Shown here: piece by piece, positions 23,848 through 35,768 of the stretch
How positions within the stretch are numbered: the stretch's first letter is position 1
How the letters are laid out: each line of letters starts with the position of its first letter
Notes under the pieces: model-generated
Databases searched by the model: none
The model's input: the letters and a program-made list of their open reading frames with translations, nothing else
Told to the model about the DNA's origin: nothing
Program-made: the position numbers and the translations under genes
Assembly: GCF_964213995.1 (NCBI RefSeq)
Contig: NC_135828.1
Span: forward strand, 30,504,001-30,568,000
Length of the DNA stretch: 64,000 nucleotides
From: Mustelus asterias
Taxonomy: Eukaryota
Reading direction: 5' to 3'

Positions 23848-23895
23848 CTGCAACAACAGCCTTCTTCGGGACTGGCACCAAACTCACCGTATTAG
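23848..23895 (+). CDS. TRBJ: TRBJ segment (J1)
   Basis: ATTAFFGTGTKLTVL + G|GTAAG. 12-RSS GGTTGATGT-12-TGACGTG at 23820-23847. Confidence 0.92.
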   Translation: MQQQPSSGLAPNSPY

Positions 23896-24501
23896 GTAAG
23901 AAAAATGAGGCTTTACCTGTGAACATATGTCCCACTATCAGTTTTCCAATCTGACTGTCGACCTGAACTGCTTCGAAACTCAGGCCGTCTGTTAGATGTG
24001 CATCAATATCGTGGAAATAACTGTTTGTCATACTGCGTGCCCTTGTGACCTTGGTGCATTTATCGAATTTTTGGCCACGCTGACCATTGTTTCTGGTGAA
24101 CGAAAGGGCGACCCGTGTTTCCTCATCAAGCGACACTAATTTATGGCATGTAAATTTAGCCTATTTGGAGGCCCTTTTCTGGTTACTTAATTTCAGAAAT
24201 GGACAAGGTACTGTGCTCGGAAGGTGCAACGTGTGATCAGTTTATAATCACGCTCACGCAAGATTGTTTAGCATTCAAAGTTTACAATGTGATTCACAGA
24301 TGTTGCCATTGCACTATTCAGGTAATAATGCAATCCATAGATTCACAGATTGAGATTGACCCATGCAGCGTCCATAGATTAGCATGCTAGCAAGAAGTTT
24401 AGACAAAGGCCCGTGTTGTCCATAACAGCCTCATTCAGATTGGGTGACAGTGTTTCGGACGAAAATCCTGACTTATTTTGAGACGGTGCAGTGTCACCGT
24501 G

Positions 24502-24549
24502 CTGCAGACGTGAACTACTTTGGTCAAGGCACCAAATTAACAATTCTGG
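24502..24549 (+). CDS. TRBJ: TRBJ segment (J2)
   Basis: ADVNYFGQGTKLTIL + G|GTGAG. 12-RSS TATTTTGAG-12-CACCGTG at 24474-24501. Confidence 0.93.
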
Positions 24550-25455
24550 GTGAGCCAATCTGTTCCCTCATCTTCTCAAATATTGTGTCGCACAGCAAAC
24601 TGATGAATAAGATGCTTTTTAAAACTTATTTTCCAATACTTGACATGGTTTGTAATGTTTTATCAGTAATTGCCTTAAACACTTCCAGTGGCAAAGGAGA
24701 GTTCTGGGCATGGTCATGGCTTAGGAGCGAACATAGTTGAATCAAACTTTGGCATGGAGTGAAAGATAGCAGTTTTTTTTCATAAGGCAACTCTCTATAT
24801 ATCGACCGTGTGTTAATCAAAATCTCTTAACATAGACGGTTAAAGTTGTGGAGGGATATTTGCCATTATATTAAGTATAAAAAGCTGATGAGGGATCGAT
24901 GGACTGGGTTCATATTGCCCAGCATATAGAACACGAACGAATAATAACATCAATGGTCTAAGGCAAATAATGGGACAGAGAAGGTAGATATAGGTAAACT
25001 AATTCCTCTTCTGGGGATATGACAGGATAATTTACATTGAAGCTAGGATATTCATACCCAATGACAGAAACTAACACCTCGTGTAATAGTGTGAAGAAAT
25101 TAAAACATCTCTCCCTGCACCCCCCACCCCCCTCGTTCCCAACCACCGCCTCCCATAGCTCCCCACCCACACCTCCCCTCTCTCCAATAAAAAACGAATC
25201 TCTAGGATGGTCAAATTAGAGTGTCCCACTCGATCTAGATAAAACTTTACCAGGTAGTGCGGTGAACGGCTGAAAAGCCAAGGCGAGTGAATTAAGTTGA
25301 GATGGGCGACATCAAACGGTCAAACGGCGGTTTGGCCACTGAGTTCTCCATGTTCAGAGAAGTTTCCAGGTCACAAAGCTATTCGGTTCTTTGGTAGAAT
25401 AGATGCCGCCTTCCTGATTTGCAGTTAAATTTAATGACAGCCTTTTATGGCTGTG

Positions 25456-25505
25456 TAACAACAGAGAAGCATACTTCGGAAGTGGGACGAAACTGGTCGT
25501 ATTGG
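25456..25505 (+). CDS. TRBJ: TRBJ segment (J3)
   Basis: NNREAYFGSGTKLVVL + G|GTAAG. Heptamer GGCTGTG at 25449-55; weak nonamer AATTTAATG. Confidence 0.92.
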
Positions 25506-26099
25506 GTAAGTGAAACCATTCCTAATATTGGAAAAAGTTAATAATGTAATGCAACTAAATGTTATAGCCCTGTTATACGTTGTCTGATTTTAAAAATAAC
25601 ATTACAAATTGTTACAGCCAATGTTTTGAGATAAAGTAGTAGAGAAGATAGATAGATGTAAAATATTTCCACGTTTGGAGGTATGACAGAACAATTTGCA
25701 TTCGAGCAAAGGCCGCGAAGGAGTAACATCAGAACTAAACACTTCGTCCAAGTGAGAGTGGACATCAGCAACTCTCTCTCTTTCTCTCTCACTGTCTCGC
25801 TTTCTCTGCTCTCCCTTCCCCGCTAAAAATGCGCTAATGTAGGGATGGTCATTGGAAACTTCGAACTCTATATAAATAACTCATTTCTTAGTAATGCCAT
25901 CAAGTGTTACAGAGCCAAGGCGAGCGGATGAAGTCAGGATGCGGAACAAGAACGATTTAGTGCTTCCAGTGACTATTTGGTCACCTCCTGATCGCATGTC
26001 CACACATATTTACTGGTTATTACAGTAGCAGATAGTGCTAGAGAACAGACATAATTTTCAGATAAGAGGGCAATTTTGTGATAGCCTCGTAACGCTGTG

Positions 26100-26149
26100 T
26101 ACCAACAGCCAAGCATACTTCGGAGCTGGGACCAAACTGGCCGTTGTAG
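26100..26149 (+). CDS. TRBJ: TRBJ segment (J4)
   Basis: TNSQAYFGAGTKLAVV + G|GTAAG. 12-RSS AATTTTGTG-12-CGCTGTG at 26072-26099. Confidence 0.93.
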
Positions 26150-27013
26150 GTAAGTGTATGCATTTCTAACACTGGGGAAAGTTTGCCCAAGTCATGAAAC
26201 CATGCGGACTAGGATATTGGAATTAAAATGTAGGAATTCTGTAAGTTTCCTCCGGCACTTCACATGATGCTACAAGCTCACCACTGCCGTATTAATTTCA
26301 CTGTGCTTGTGTGGGAGCAACATGGAGGGAATTTCAGAGAGGCAGAACAAGCAACAATGCCACTCCTGAGAGACTGACCAACTATTCTGTGAGAGCAGAA
26401 CAAAATGTAACTGGTGTAAAAGGGAAGAACAGTCAGCGCTTGTTCTCTACATGCTTTACCATACTTTATGTTATGGAAAACAACGTAGAAGCATTGTTAC
26501 AGGTTTTAGAAAACAAAAGATTGATACCAGACCAGAAATGAGAGGTTAGAACTACCAACGTAATGCTCGATCGACAGGGGAAAAAAAAGGTATGTTGACT
26601 GGTTCTGAAGTCCCAAACAAGGGTGGCGAGGGCGGGTGAGAATTTGTATTAACAACACAGTGAGGCTCTTTGTAAATTTTGGTGCAACCGATGGTCCCTC
26701 AACTGTTGCATCCCCCAAGATTTTGGTGAGAATCGGGTCTATTGTAATTCCATATTCTGAGATTGATTGACATTGTTAGGCGAGGCTGTGCAAGGATATG
26801 GTGAAAACGCAAGTTCATGGTGCTACGATGCAAATGTGCGATTAATTGATTAACTGTTGCAGCAATCTCAAAAACCTGAATGGTCTGGTCCTGTTGCCGT
26901 GTTTTGATGTTCCCTTTAGTCACAATAATCCTTTGCTTGCATTTTCTCCCTTGATGTAAAATAATGTGTGTCACTGGGGATCGGAGATTTTAATGCAGGC
27001 CTCTACCTATGTG

Positions 27014-27063
27014 CTCTGCTAATGCTTACTACTTCGGGTCTGGGACTGAGTTGACTGTTGTCG
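27014..27063 (+). CDS. TRBJ: TRBJ segment (J5)
   Basis: SANAYYFGSGTELTVV + G|GTAAG. 12-RSS GATTTTAAT-12-CTATGTG at 26986-27013. Confidence 0.9.
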
Positions 27064-29876
27064 GTAAGTTTGCTTATGGAGATCCATGAGAATGTAAACC
27101 TTTGGACTTATCGATATTATTTTGCCCATCTATCTACTTATTGATTGACTTATCTGTCTGTTCATGTACCTATGTAAATAGGTGGTTGCTTGCCAATGTT
27201 GTGTCCTGGTACTGCTGTTTGGTGAGGCGCGGCAGGGCTCAACCAACTGTTGCATTTTGCAGAAGGGTCTAGACTAAATGTTTTGAGTGAGTGACATTTT
27301 TATTCATGGGGAAGGGAGACCACGAAATCTATGAGAGCAGTAAAGAAATATAAATTAACATACCGAAACATAACTGAGGAACAAAGCTCAGTGGAGCATA
27401 CGGAAGAGTAGAGAGAAAAACAGATGTAGACGGACAGAGATAGAACCAAAATAACACAAAAATGCATGTAAAATTATTAACGGAGTTGTAGCAACGTTCA
27501 GGATAAAACAAAAATTAGAGGGGAGGTGCGGTGGGATAATGAGCCAAACACAGCGCACATTGATTCGACTGCACGGATTAACATTTGTGTAGAACATGCA
27601 TTTTATCTCAATGCTGTGAGAAACTGCGAGGAAATCAGTAAAAAAAAACCCAATTGTTCGAAATTCGTGGATTTAGTTTAGTAACGAACATAGTTTGAAC
27701 AATACGTTTTTCCTGATGGCCGATCAGATAATATGGGAATTGAAAGTTGCAGAACTGGAATGCCGATGTCTTCCGATAGGTCAAAGAACAAAGAGAACAA
27801 AGAACAATAATTTGGATAATTGGAACACTTTCTGGGGAAGGTGGCACCTGTACCAACAGGATAGGGTGCACCTGAACCAGAGGGGCACCAATATCCTGGG
27901 AGGGAAATTTGCTACAGCTCTTCGGGGGGGGGGCGGGGGGGGTTAAACTAATTTGTCAGGGGGATGGGAAAATGAGTTGTAGTCCGGAGGTCAGTGAGTG
28001 TAGTGAGGTACTGGGAAGGGTATCATGGTCAAAGGTGGGTACCAGCAGGCAAGAAGGTGGGTTGAAGTGTATCTACTTCAATGCAAGGAGCATCCAAAAT
28101 AAGGTAGGTGAACTTGGGGCGTGAATTGGCACTTGGGACTACGATGTTGTGGCCATTACGGAGACATGGGTAGAACAAGGACAGGAATGGTTGTTGAAAG
28201 TTCCGGGGTATAGATGTTTCAGTAAGTGTAGGGTAGCTGGTAAAAGAGGTGGAGGAGTGGCACTGTTAATCAAGGAGAGTGTAACGGCTGCAGAAAGGTA
28301 TTTCGAAGGGGATCTGCCAACAGAGGTAATATGGGCTGAGGTTAGGAATAGGAAAGGAGCGGTCACGTTGTTAGGAGTTTACTATAGGCCCCCAAATAGT
28401 AATAGAGATGTGGAGCAAGAAATTGCTAAGCAGATTATGGATAGGTGTGGAGGTCACAGGGTAGTTGTCATGGGGGACTTTAACTTTCCAAATATTGATT
28501 GAAGCCTTTATAGGTCGAATAGGTCGGACGGGGCAGTTTATGTGCAGTGTGTGCAGGAGGGGTTCCTGACACAATATGTGGATAAGCCGACAAGAGGTGG
28601 GGCCACATTGGATTTGGTAATGGGAAATTAACCGGGCCAAGTGTTGGATTTCATTGTGGGAGAGCACTTTGGAGATAGTGACCAAATTCGGTGTCTTTTG
28701 TTATTGCAATGGAGAGGGAGAGGGCCATGCGGCAGGGCATAGGTTACAATTGGGGGAGAGGTAATTATGATGCAATCAGGCGGGTATTAGGAAGCATAGG
28801 ATGGGAACAAAAATTGTCAGGGAAAGGCACTAATGAAAAGTGGAACTTTTTCAAGGAACAAATACTGCGTGTCCTTGATAGGTATGTCCCTGCCAGGCAG
28901 AGCGGAAGTGGCCGAGTGAGGGAACCATGGTTCACAAAAGAGGTGGAATGTCTTATCAAGAGGAAGAAGGAAGCGTATGTAAAGTTGAGTAAACGAGGTT
29001 CAGTTGGCTCGATGGAGGGTTACAAGTTATCAAGAAATGAGCTGAAAAAGGGGTTCAGGAGGGCTAGGACGGGGCATGAGAAGTCCTTGGCGGGTCGAAT
29101 CAAGGAAAACCCCAAGGCTTTTTACTCTTATGTGAGGAATAAAAGAATGACCAGGGTGAGGTTGGGGCTGGTCAAGGATGGCAGTGGGAATTTGTGCATG
29201 GAGTCAGAAGAGATCGGAGAGGTGATGAATGAATACTTTTCTTCGGTGTTCACCAAGGAGAGGGGCCATGTTTTTGAGGAAGTGAGGGTGTCACAGGCTG
29301 ATAGGCTGGAGGAAGTAGATGTTCGGAGGGAAGATGTACTAGCAATTTTGAATCAACTAAAAGTTGATAAGTCCCCTGGGCCTGATGTAATATATCCCAG
29401 GAGTGTTTGGGAGGCAAGGAATGAGATAGCAGAGCCTTTGGCATTGATCTTTGCGTCCTCACTGTCCACGGGGGTGGTGCCAGAGGACTGGAGAGTGGCG
29501 AATGTGGTTCCTCTGTTTAGGAAAGGGAATAGAAATGACCCTGGTAATCATAGGCCGGTTAGTCTTACTTCGGTGGTCGGTAAGTTGATGGAAAAGGTCC
29601 TCAGGGATAGGATTTACGACCATTTAGAAAGATGCAGCTTATTCCGAGATAGTCAGCACGGATTCGTGAAGGGCAAGTCTTGCCTCACAAATTTGATAGA
29701 ATTTTTTGAGGAGGTAACTCAGTATGTAGATGAAGGTAGTGCAGTTGATGTCATATATATGGATTTTAGTAAGGCGTTTGATAAAGTCCCCCATGGTCGG
29801 CTTATGAAGAAAGTAAGGATGTGTGGGATAGAGGGAAGTTTGGCCGATTGGATAGGTAACTGGCTATCTAACAGAA

Positions 29877-30122
29877 TAAGAAGTTTAACAACACCAGGTT
29901 AAGGTCCAACAGGTTTATTTGGTAGCAAAAGCCACACAAGCTTTCGAGGCTCTGAGCCCCTTCTTCAGGTGAGTGGGAATTCCCACTCACCTGAAGAAGG
30001 GGCTCAGAGCCTCGAAAGCTTGTGTGGCTTTTGCTACCAAATAAACCTGTTGGACTTTAACCTGGTGTTGTTAAACTTCTTACTGTGTTTACCCCAGTCC
30101 AACGCCGGCATCTCCACATCAT
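29877..30122 (+). mobile_element. Short palindromic Penelope insertion (inverted terminal repeat plus 40-nt tail)
   Basis: 103-bp arms 29877-29979 and 29980-30082 with no spacer. TSD ATCTAACAGAA at 29866-29876 and 30123-30133. Confidence 0.92.
29983..30027 (+). ncRNA. Minimal type-I hammerhead ribozyme-like motif in the Penelope terminal repeat
   Basis: CUGAAGA-A-stem II (GGGGCU/AGCCUC)-GAAA-GCU-U-GUG. Other copies at 2199-2243(-), 5413-5450(-), 29932-29976(-), 32974-33018(-) and 34847-34891(+). Confidence 0.7.
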
Positions 30123-31939
30123 ATCTAACAGAAGACAGAGGGTGGTGGTGGATGGAAAATTTTCGGACTGGAAACCGGTTACCACCGGAGTGCCACAGGG
30201 ATCAGTGCTTGGTCCTCTATTATTTGTAATTTTTATAAATGACTTGGATGAGGGGGCTGAAGGGTGGATCAGTAAATTTGCTGATGACACCAAGATTTGT
30301 GGAGTAGTGGATGAGGTGGAGGGCTGTTGTAGGCTGCAAAGAGATATAGATAGGATGCAGAGCTGGGCTGAAAAATGGCAAATGGAGTTTAACCCTGACA
30401 AATGCGAGGTGATTCATTTTGGTAGGACAAATTTAAATGTGGATTACAGGGTCAAAGGTAGGGTTCTGAAGAATGTGGAGGAACAGAGAGATCTTGGGCT
30501 TCATATCCATAGATCTCTGAAGGTTGCCACTCAAGTGGATAGAGCCGTGAAGAAGGCCTATAGTGTGTTAGCGTTCACGAACAGGGGGTTTGAGTTTAAG
30601 AGCCGTGGGGTTATGCTGCAACTGTACAGGACCTTGGTGAGACCACATTTGGTATATTATGTGCAGTTCTGGTCACCTCACTATAGGAAGGATGTGGAGA
30701 CACTGGAAAGAGTGCAAAGGAGATTTACCAGGATGCTGCCTGGTTTGGAGGGTAGGCCTTATGAGGAAAGGTTGAGGGAACTTGGGCTTTTCTCTTTGGA
30801 GCGGAGGAGGTTGAGAGGAGACTTGATAGAGGTTTGCAACATGATGAGGGGGATAGATAGAGTGAACGTTCAAAGACTGTTTCCTCGGGTGAATGGAGTG
30901 GTAACTAGGGGGCATAACTATAGGGTTCATGGTGGCAGATATAGGAAGAGTGTCCGAGGTAGGTTTTTTTACTGAGAGAGTGGTCGGGGTGTGGAATGGA
31001 CTGCCTGCAGTGATAGTGGAGTCAGAAACTTTCTGAACATTTACGAAGCTATTGGATAGGCACATGGAGTACTTCGGGATGATAGGGAGGAAATAGCTTG
31101 ATCTGGGTTTCAGACAAAGCTCGGCACAACATCGTGGGCCGAAGGGCCTGTTCTGTGCTGTACTGTTCTATGTTCTATGTTCTAACAGTACAGCACAGGA
31201 AAGAGGCCCTTCGGCCCTCCAAGTCTGTGCCGCTCATTGGTCCAAAGAGACCATTCGTTTGTATCCCTCCCACATGCCCAGACTGCTCATGTGACTATCC
31301 AGGTAAGTCTTAAACGATGCCAGCGTGTCTGCCTCCACTACCCTACTTGGCAGGTCATTCCAAGCCCCCACCACTCTCTGTGTAAAAAACGTCCCTCTGA
31401 TATTTGAGTTATACCTCGCCCCACTCACCTTGAGCCCGTGACCCCTCGTGATCGTCACTTCCGACCGGGGAAAAAGCTTCCCACTGTTCACCCTATCTAT
31501 ACCCTTCATAATCTTGTACACCTCTATTAGATCTCCCCTCATTCTCCGTCTTTCCAGGGAGAACAACCCCAGTTTACCCAATCTCTCCTCATAGCTAAGA
31601 CCAGGCAACATCCTGGTAAACCTTCTCTGTACTCTCTCTAAAGCCTCCATGTCCTTCTGGTAGTGTGGCGACCAGAACTGGACGCAGTACTCCAAATGTA
31701 GTCCAACCAGCGTTCTATACAGCTGCAACATCAGACTCCAGCTTTTATACTCTATACCCCATCCTATAAAGGCAAGCATACCATATGCCTTCTTCACCAC
31801 CTTCTCCACCTGTGCTGCCATCTTCAAGGATTTGTGGGCTTGCACACCTAAGTCCCTCTGTGTTTCTCTTGATGGCTCTGCCATTAATTGTATAACTCCT
31901 CCCAGCATTAGTTATTCCAAAATGCATCACTTCACATTT

Positions 31940-32604
31940 AGAACATAGAACATAGAAAAACTACAGCACAAACAGGCCCTTCGGCCCCACAAGTTGTGCC
32001 GAACATATCCCTACCTTCGAGGCCTACCTATAACCCTCCATCCTATTAAGTCCCATGTACTCATCCAGGAGTCTCTTAAAAGTCCCTATTGAGTTTGCCT
32101 CCACCACCACTGACGGCAGCCGATTCCACTCGCCCACCACCCTCTGTGTGAAAAACTTCCCCCTAACATTTCCCCTGTACCTGCCCCATAGCACCTTAAA
32201 CCTTGTCCTCTCGTAGCAGTCATTTCAACCCCGGGAAAAAGCCTCTGAGAGTCCACCCGATCTATGCCTCTCAACATCTTATATACCTCTATTATGTCTC
32301 CTCTCATCCTACGTTTCTCCAAGGAGAAAAGACCGAGCTCCCTCAGCCGATCCTCATAAGGCATGCCACTCAATCCAGGCAACATCCTTGTAAATCTCCT
32401 CTGCACCCTTTCAATCATTTCCACATCCTTCCTTTAATGGGGCGACCAGAACTGAGCACAATACTCCAAGTGGGGTCTGACGAGGGTCTTATATAGCTGC
32501 ATCATTATCCCCGGACTCCGAAACTCAATCCCTCGATTGATAAAGGCCAGCACACCATACGCCTTCTTAACCACCTCCTCCACCTGCAAGGCCGATTTTA
32601 GAGT
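31940..32604 (-). mobile_element. CR1 LINE 3' fragment (same family as 8188-13440), nested
   Basis: Very similar to 8190-8860, with its tail at 31940. Confidence 0.88.
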
Positions 32605-32880
32605 CCGGAGTAAATTCCATCTGCCATTTCTCCGCCCAATTTTCCAGACTATCTATATCCTGCTGTATTGTCCGACAATGTTCATCGCTATCCGCAAGTC
32701 CAGCCATCTTCGTGTCATCCGCAAACTTGCCGATAACACCAGTTACACCTTCTTCCAAATCATTTATATATATCACAAATAGCAGAGGTCCCAGTACAGA
32801 GCCCTGTGGAACATCGCTGGTCACAGACCTCCAGCCGGAAAAAGACCCTTCGACTGCTGCCGTCTGTCTCCTGTGGCCAA

Positions 32881-34945
32881 GATGTGGAGATGCCGGCGTT
32901 GGACTGGGGTAAACACAGTAAGAAGTTTAACAACACCAGGTTAAAGTCCAACAGGTTTATTTGGTAGCAAAAGCCACACAAGCTTTCGGAGCTCCAAGCC
33001 CCTTCTTCAGGTGAGTGGGAATTCTGTTCACAAACAGGACATATAAAGACACAGACTCAATTTACATGCATAATGGTTGGAATGCGAATACGTGTAGCTA
33101 ATCAAGTCTTTAAGATACAAACAACATGAGTGGAGAGAGCATCAAGACAGGCTAAAAAGATGTGTATTGTCTCCAGACAGGACAGCCAGTGAGACTCTGC
33201 AGGTTCAGGCAGGCTGTGGGGATTACAAATAGTGTGACATGAACCCAATATCCCGGTTGAGGCCGTCCTCGTGTGTGCGGAACTTAGCTATCAGTTTCTG
33301 CTCAGCGACTGTGCGCCATCGTGTGGCGTGAAGGCCGCTTGGAGAATGCTTGCCCGAATATCAGAGGCCTCCACTCAGAGGCTTCTCTGAGTGGAGGCCT
33401 GTGACTAGTGGTGTGCCGCAGGGATTGGTGTTGGGTCCATTGTTGTTTGTCATCTGTATCAATGATCTGGATGATAATGTGGTAAATTGGATCTGCAAGT
33501 TTGCTGATGATACAAAGATTGGAGGTGTAGTGGACAGTGAGGAAGGTTTTCAAAGCTTGCAGAGGGATTTGGACCAACTAGAAAAATGGGCTGTAAAATG
33601 GCAAATGGAATTTAACGCAGACAAGTGTGAGATATTGCACTTTGGAAGGACAAACCAAAGAAGAACGTACAGGGTAAATGGTAGGACTCTGAAGAGTGCA
33701 GTTGAACAGAGGGATCTGCGAATACAGGTGCAGAATTCCCTAAAAGTGACGTCACAGGTGGATAGGGTCGTAAAGAGTGCCTTTGGTACATTGGCCTTTA
33801 TAAATCGGAGTATCGAGTATAAAAGTTGGAGTGTTATGGTAAGGTTACATAAGGCATTGGTGAGGCCGAATTTGGTGTATTGTGTACAGTTTTGGTCACC
33901 TAGTTACAGGAAGGATGTAAATAAGATTGAAAGAGTGCAGAGAAAGTTCACAAGGATGTTGCCGGGACTTGAGAAGCTGAGTGACAGAAAGAGATTGAAT
34001 AGGTTGGGACTTTATTCCCTGGAGCGTAGAAGATTGAGGGGAGATTTGATAGAGGTGTATAAGATTTTGATGGGTATAGATAGAGTGAATGCAAGCAGGC
34101 TTTTTCCGCTGAGGCTAGGGGAGAAAAAAAACCAGAGGGCATGGGTTAAGGGTGAAAGGAGAAAAGTTTAAAGGGAATATTAGGGGGGGCTTCTTCACGC
34201 AGAGAGTGGTGGGAGTGTGGAATGAGCTGCCGGATAAAGTGGTAAATGCGGGGTCACTTTTAACATTTAAGAAAAACTTGGACGGGTTCATGGATGAGAG
34301 GGGTGTGGAGGGATATGTTCCAAGTGCAGGTCAGTGGGACTAGGCATAAAATGGTTCGGCACAGACAAGAAGGGCCAAAAGGCCTGTTTCTGAGCTGTAA
34401 TTTTCTATGGTTCTATGGTTCTATGGAATGCCCGTGACCGCTGAAGTGCACCCGAACAGGAAGTTGGGGAGCACTTCAGCATTCACGGGCATTCGGACTC
34501 TGATACTCGGGTAAGAGTTCTCCAAGGCGGCCTTCACGACAGTCGACGGCGCAGAGTCGCTGAGCAGGAACTGAGAGCCAAGTTCCGCACACATGAGGAC
34601 GGCCTCAACCGGGATAATGGGTTCATGTCACACTATTTGTAATACCCACAGCCTGCCTGGGCCTGCAGAGTTTCACTGGCTGTCCTGTCTGGAGACAATA
34701 CACATCTTTTTAGCCTGTCTTGATGCTCTCTCCACTCATGTTGTTTGTATCTTAAAGACTTGATTAGCTATAAGTATTCGCATTCCAACCATTATTCATG
34801 TAAATTGAGTCTGTGTCTTTATATGCCCTGTTTGTGAACAGAATTCCCACTCACCTGAAGAAGGGGCTTGGAGCTCCGAAAGCTTGTGTGGCTTTTGCTA
34901 CCTAATTAACTTGTTGGACTTTAACCTGGTGTTGTGAAACTTCTT
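32881..34945. mobile_element. Penelope-like element, long inverted structure (tail at left, inversion point ~34463)
   Basis: Left arm 32881-33369 plus 34426-34463; right arm 34464-34945 is its reverse complement. TSD CCTGTGGCCAA at 32870-32880 and 34946-34956. Confidence 0.9.
33370..34425 (+). mobile_element. CR1 LINE 3' fragment nested in the Penelope arm
   Basis: RT ORF 33350-34171 (GVPQG, FADD) and a (TTCTATGG)n tail. Host TCAGAGGCC|GAATGCCCG rejoins. Confidence 0.9.
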
Positions 34946-35408
34946 CCTGTGGCCAAGCCAGTTCTCTACCCATCTAGCCACCTCTCCTTGTATCCCATGA
35001 GCCTTAACCTTCTTAACCAACCTGCCATGAGGGACTTTGTCAAATCCCTTACTGAAATCCATATAGGCGACATCTCGGTCACATCCCCTCTTCAGTTCTC
35101 TGGAATTATATAGAGATACATCAGTTTCTCAAACAAAATTATAACCACATACCTTATGCCTAAATGGACTAATATTAACCGACTAGGGTATAGGAGGCTG
35201 AATAGCCTAGTCCATTTGCTGATGTTTCTGTGACGTTTCATCTTCGGCTTATTAGCAGGATTGGAGGTAGAACGTTTTTTTTTTAATCACGAAATTTTAA
35301 ATACAGTATTGTTGAGGGTTGAAAGTGCTGGGGCCAAATTGATAATGCTAGTTGCAACAGGACTTCAATCCGTCTTATGAGGTTTCCTTACAAGCGTCTC
35401 ACACTGTG

Positions 35409-35458
35409 TTCGGGGTATGAGTACTACTTCGGCAGCGGTACCAAGCTGATTGTTCTAG
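35409..35458 (+). CDS. TRBJ: TRBJ segment (J6)
   Basis: SGYEYYFGSGTKLIVL + G|GTGAG. 12-RSS GGTTTCCTT-12-CACTGTG at 35381-35408. Confidence 0.93.
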
Positions 35459-35768
35459 GTGAGTCCCAGAAATGTTATGCAATCTCTCGTCATGAATTTT
35501 GTGAAGCACGTTAACGTTTTTTGATAAGTTGTGGAAAGAGCTTTGTGCCTTTACACAATGCGTATTTTATCTGGACGTGAGAAGACAGACAAAGGTGTAT
35601 GAGTTTAAGACTCATTATTTCAGTAGGTCTAAGGCAACGCGTGGATAGAAAACGTGATGAAAGCTCATTTCGCATGCCATGGACCCGAACTGAACTTTTG
35701 CACTCATCTAAATATCCGAGAACGCTTTAGAGACCCCAGTAGTTTTGGCAGTCGTTTGAAATACTGTG

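Larger units (their letters stand above)
27807..31184 (+). mobile_element. CR1 LINE (end of ORF1 esterase, APE, RT), with stops; interrupted by a Penelope palindrome
   Basis: ORFs 27695-27946, 28149-28502, 28691-29902 and 30085-30975, plus a (TTCTATG)n tail. Confidence 0.9.
27782..35075 (-). mobile_element. Host CR1 LINE fragment (tail 27782-27806; body 31185-31939, 32605-32880, 34946-35075) carrying nested insertions
   Basis: The pieces rejoin collinearly as RT C-terminus plus 3' end. Same family as 52975-54372, which ends in the matching (TTCTTTG)n tail. Confidence 0.8.

Noticed and set aside
23519-24136. 205-aa minus-strand ORF over J1
   Set aside because: No recognisable domain; antisense to J1 and probably chance
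24185-24275. TACTGTG with an upstream T-rich 9-mer, possible J relic
   Set aside because: No FGxG motif and no splice donor
26635-26715. CACAGTG followed by RLFVNFGATDG, possible J relic
   Set aside because: Poor nonamer, no GTKL-like motif, no donor at the expected position
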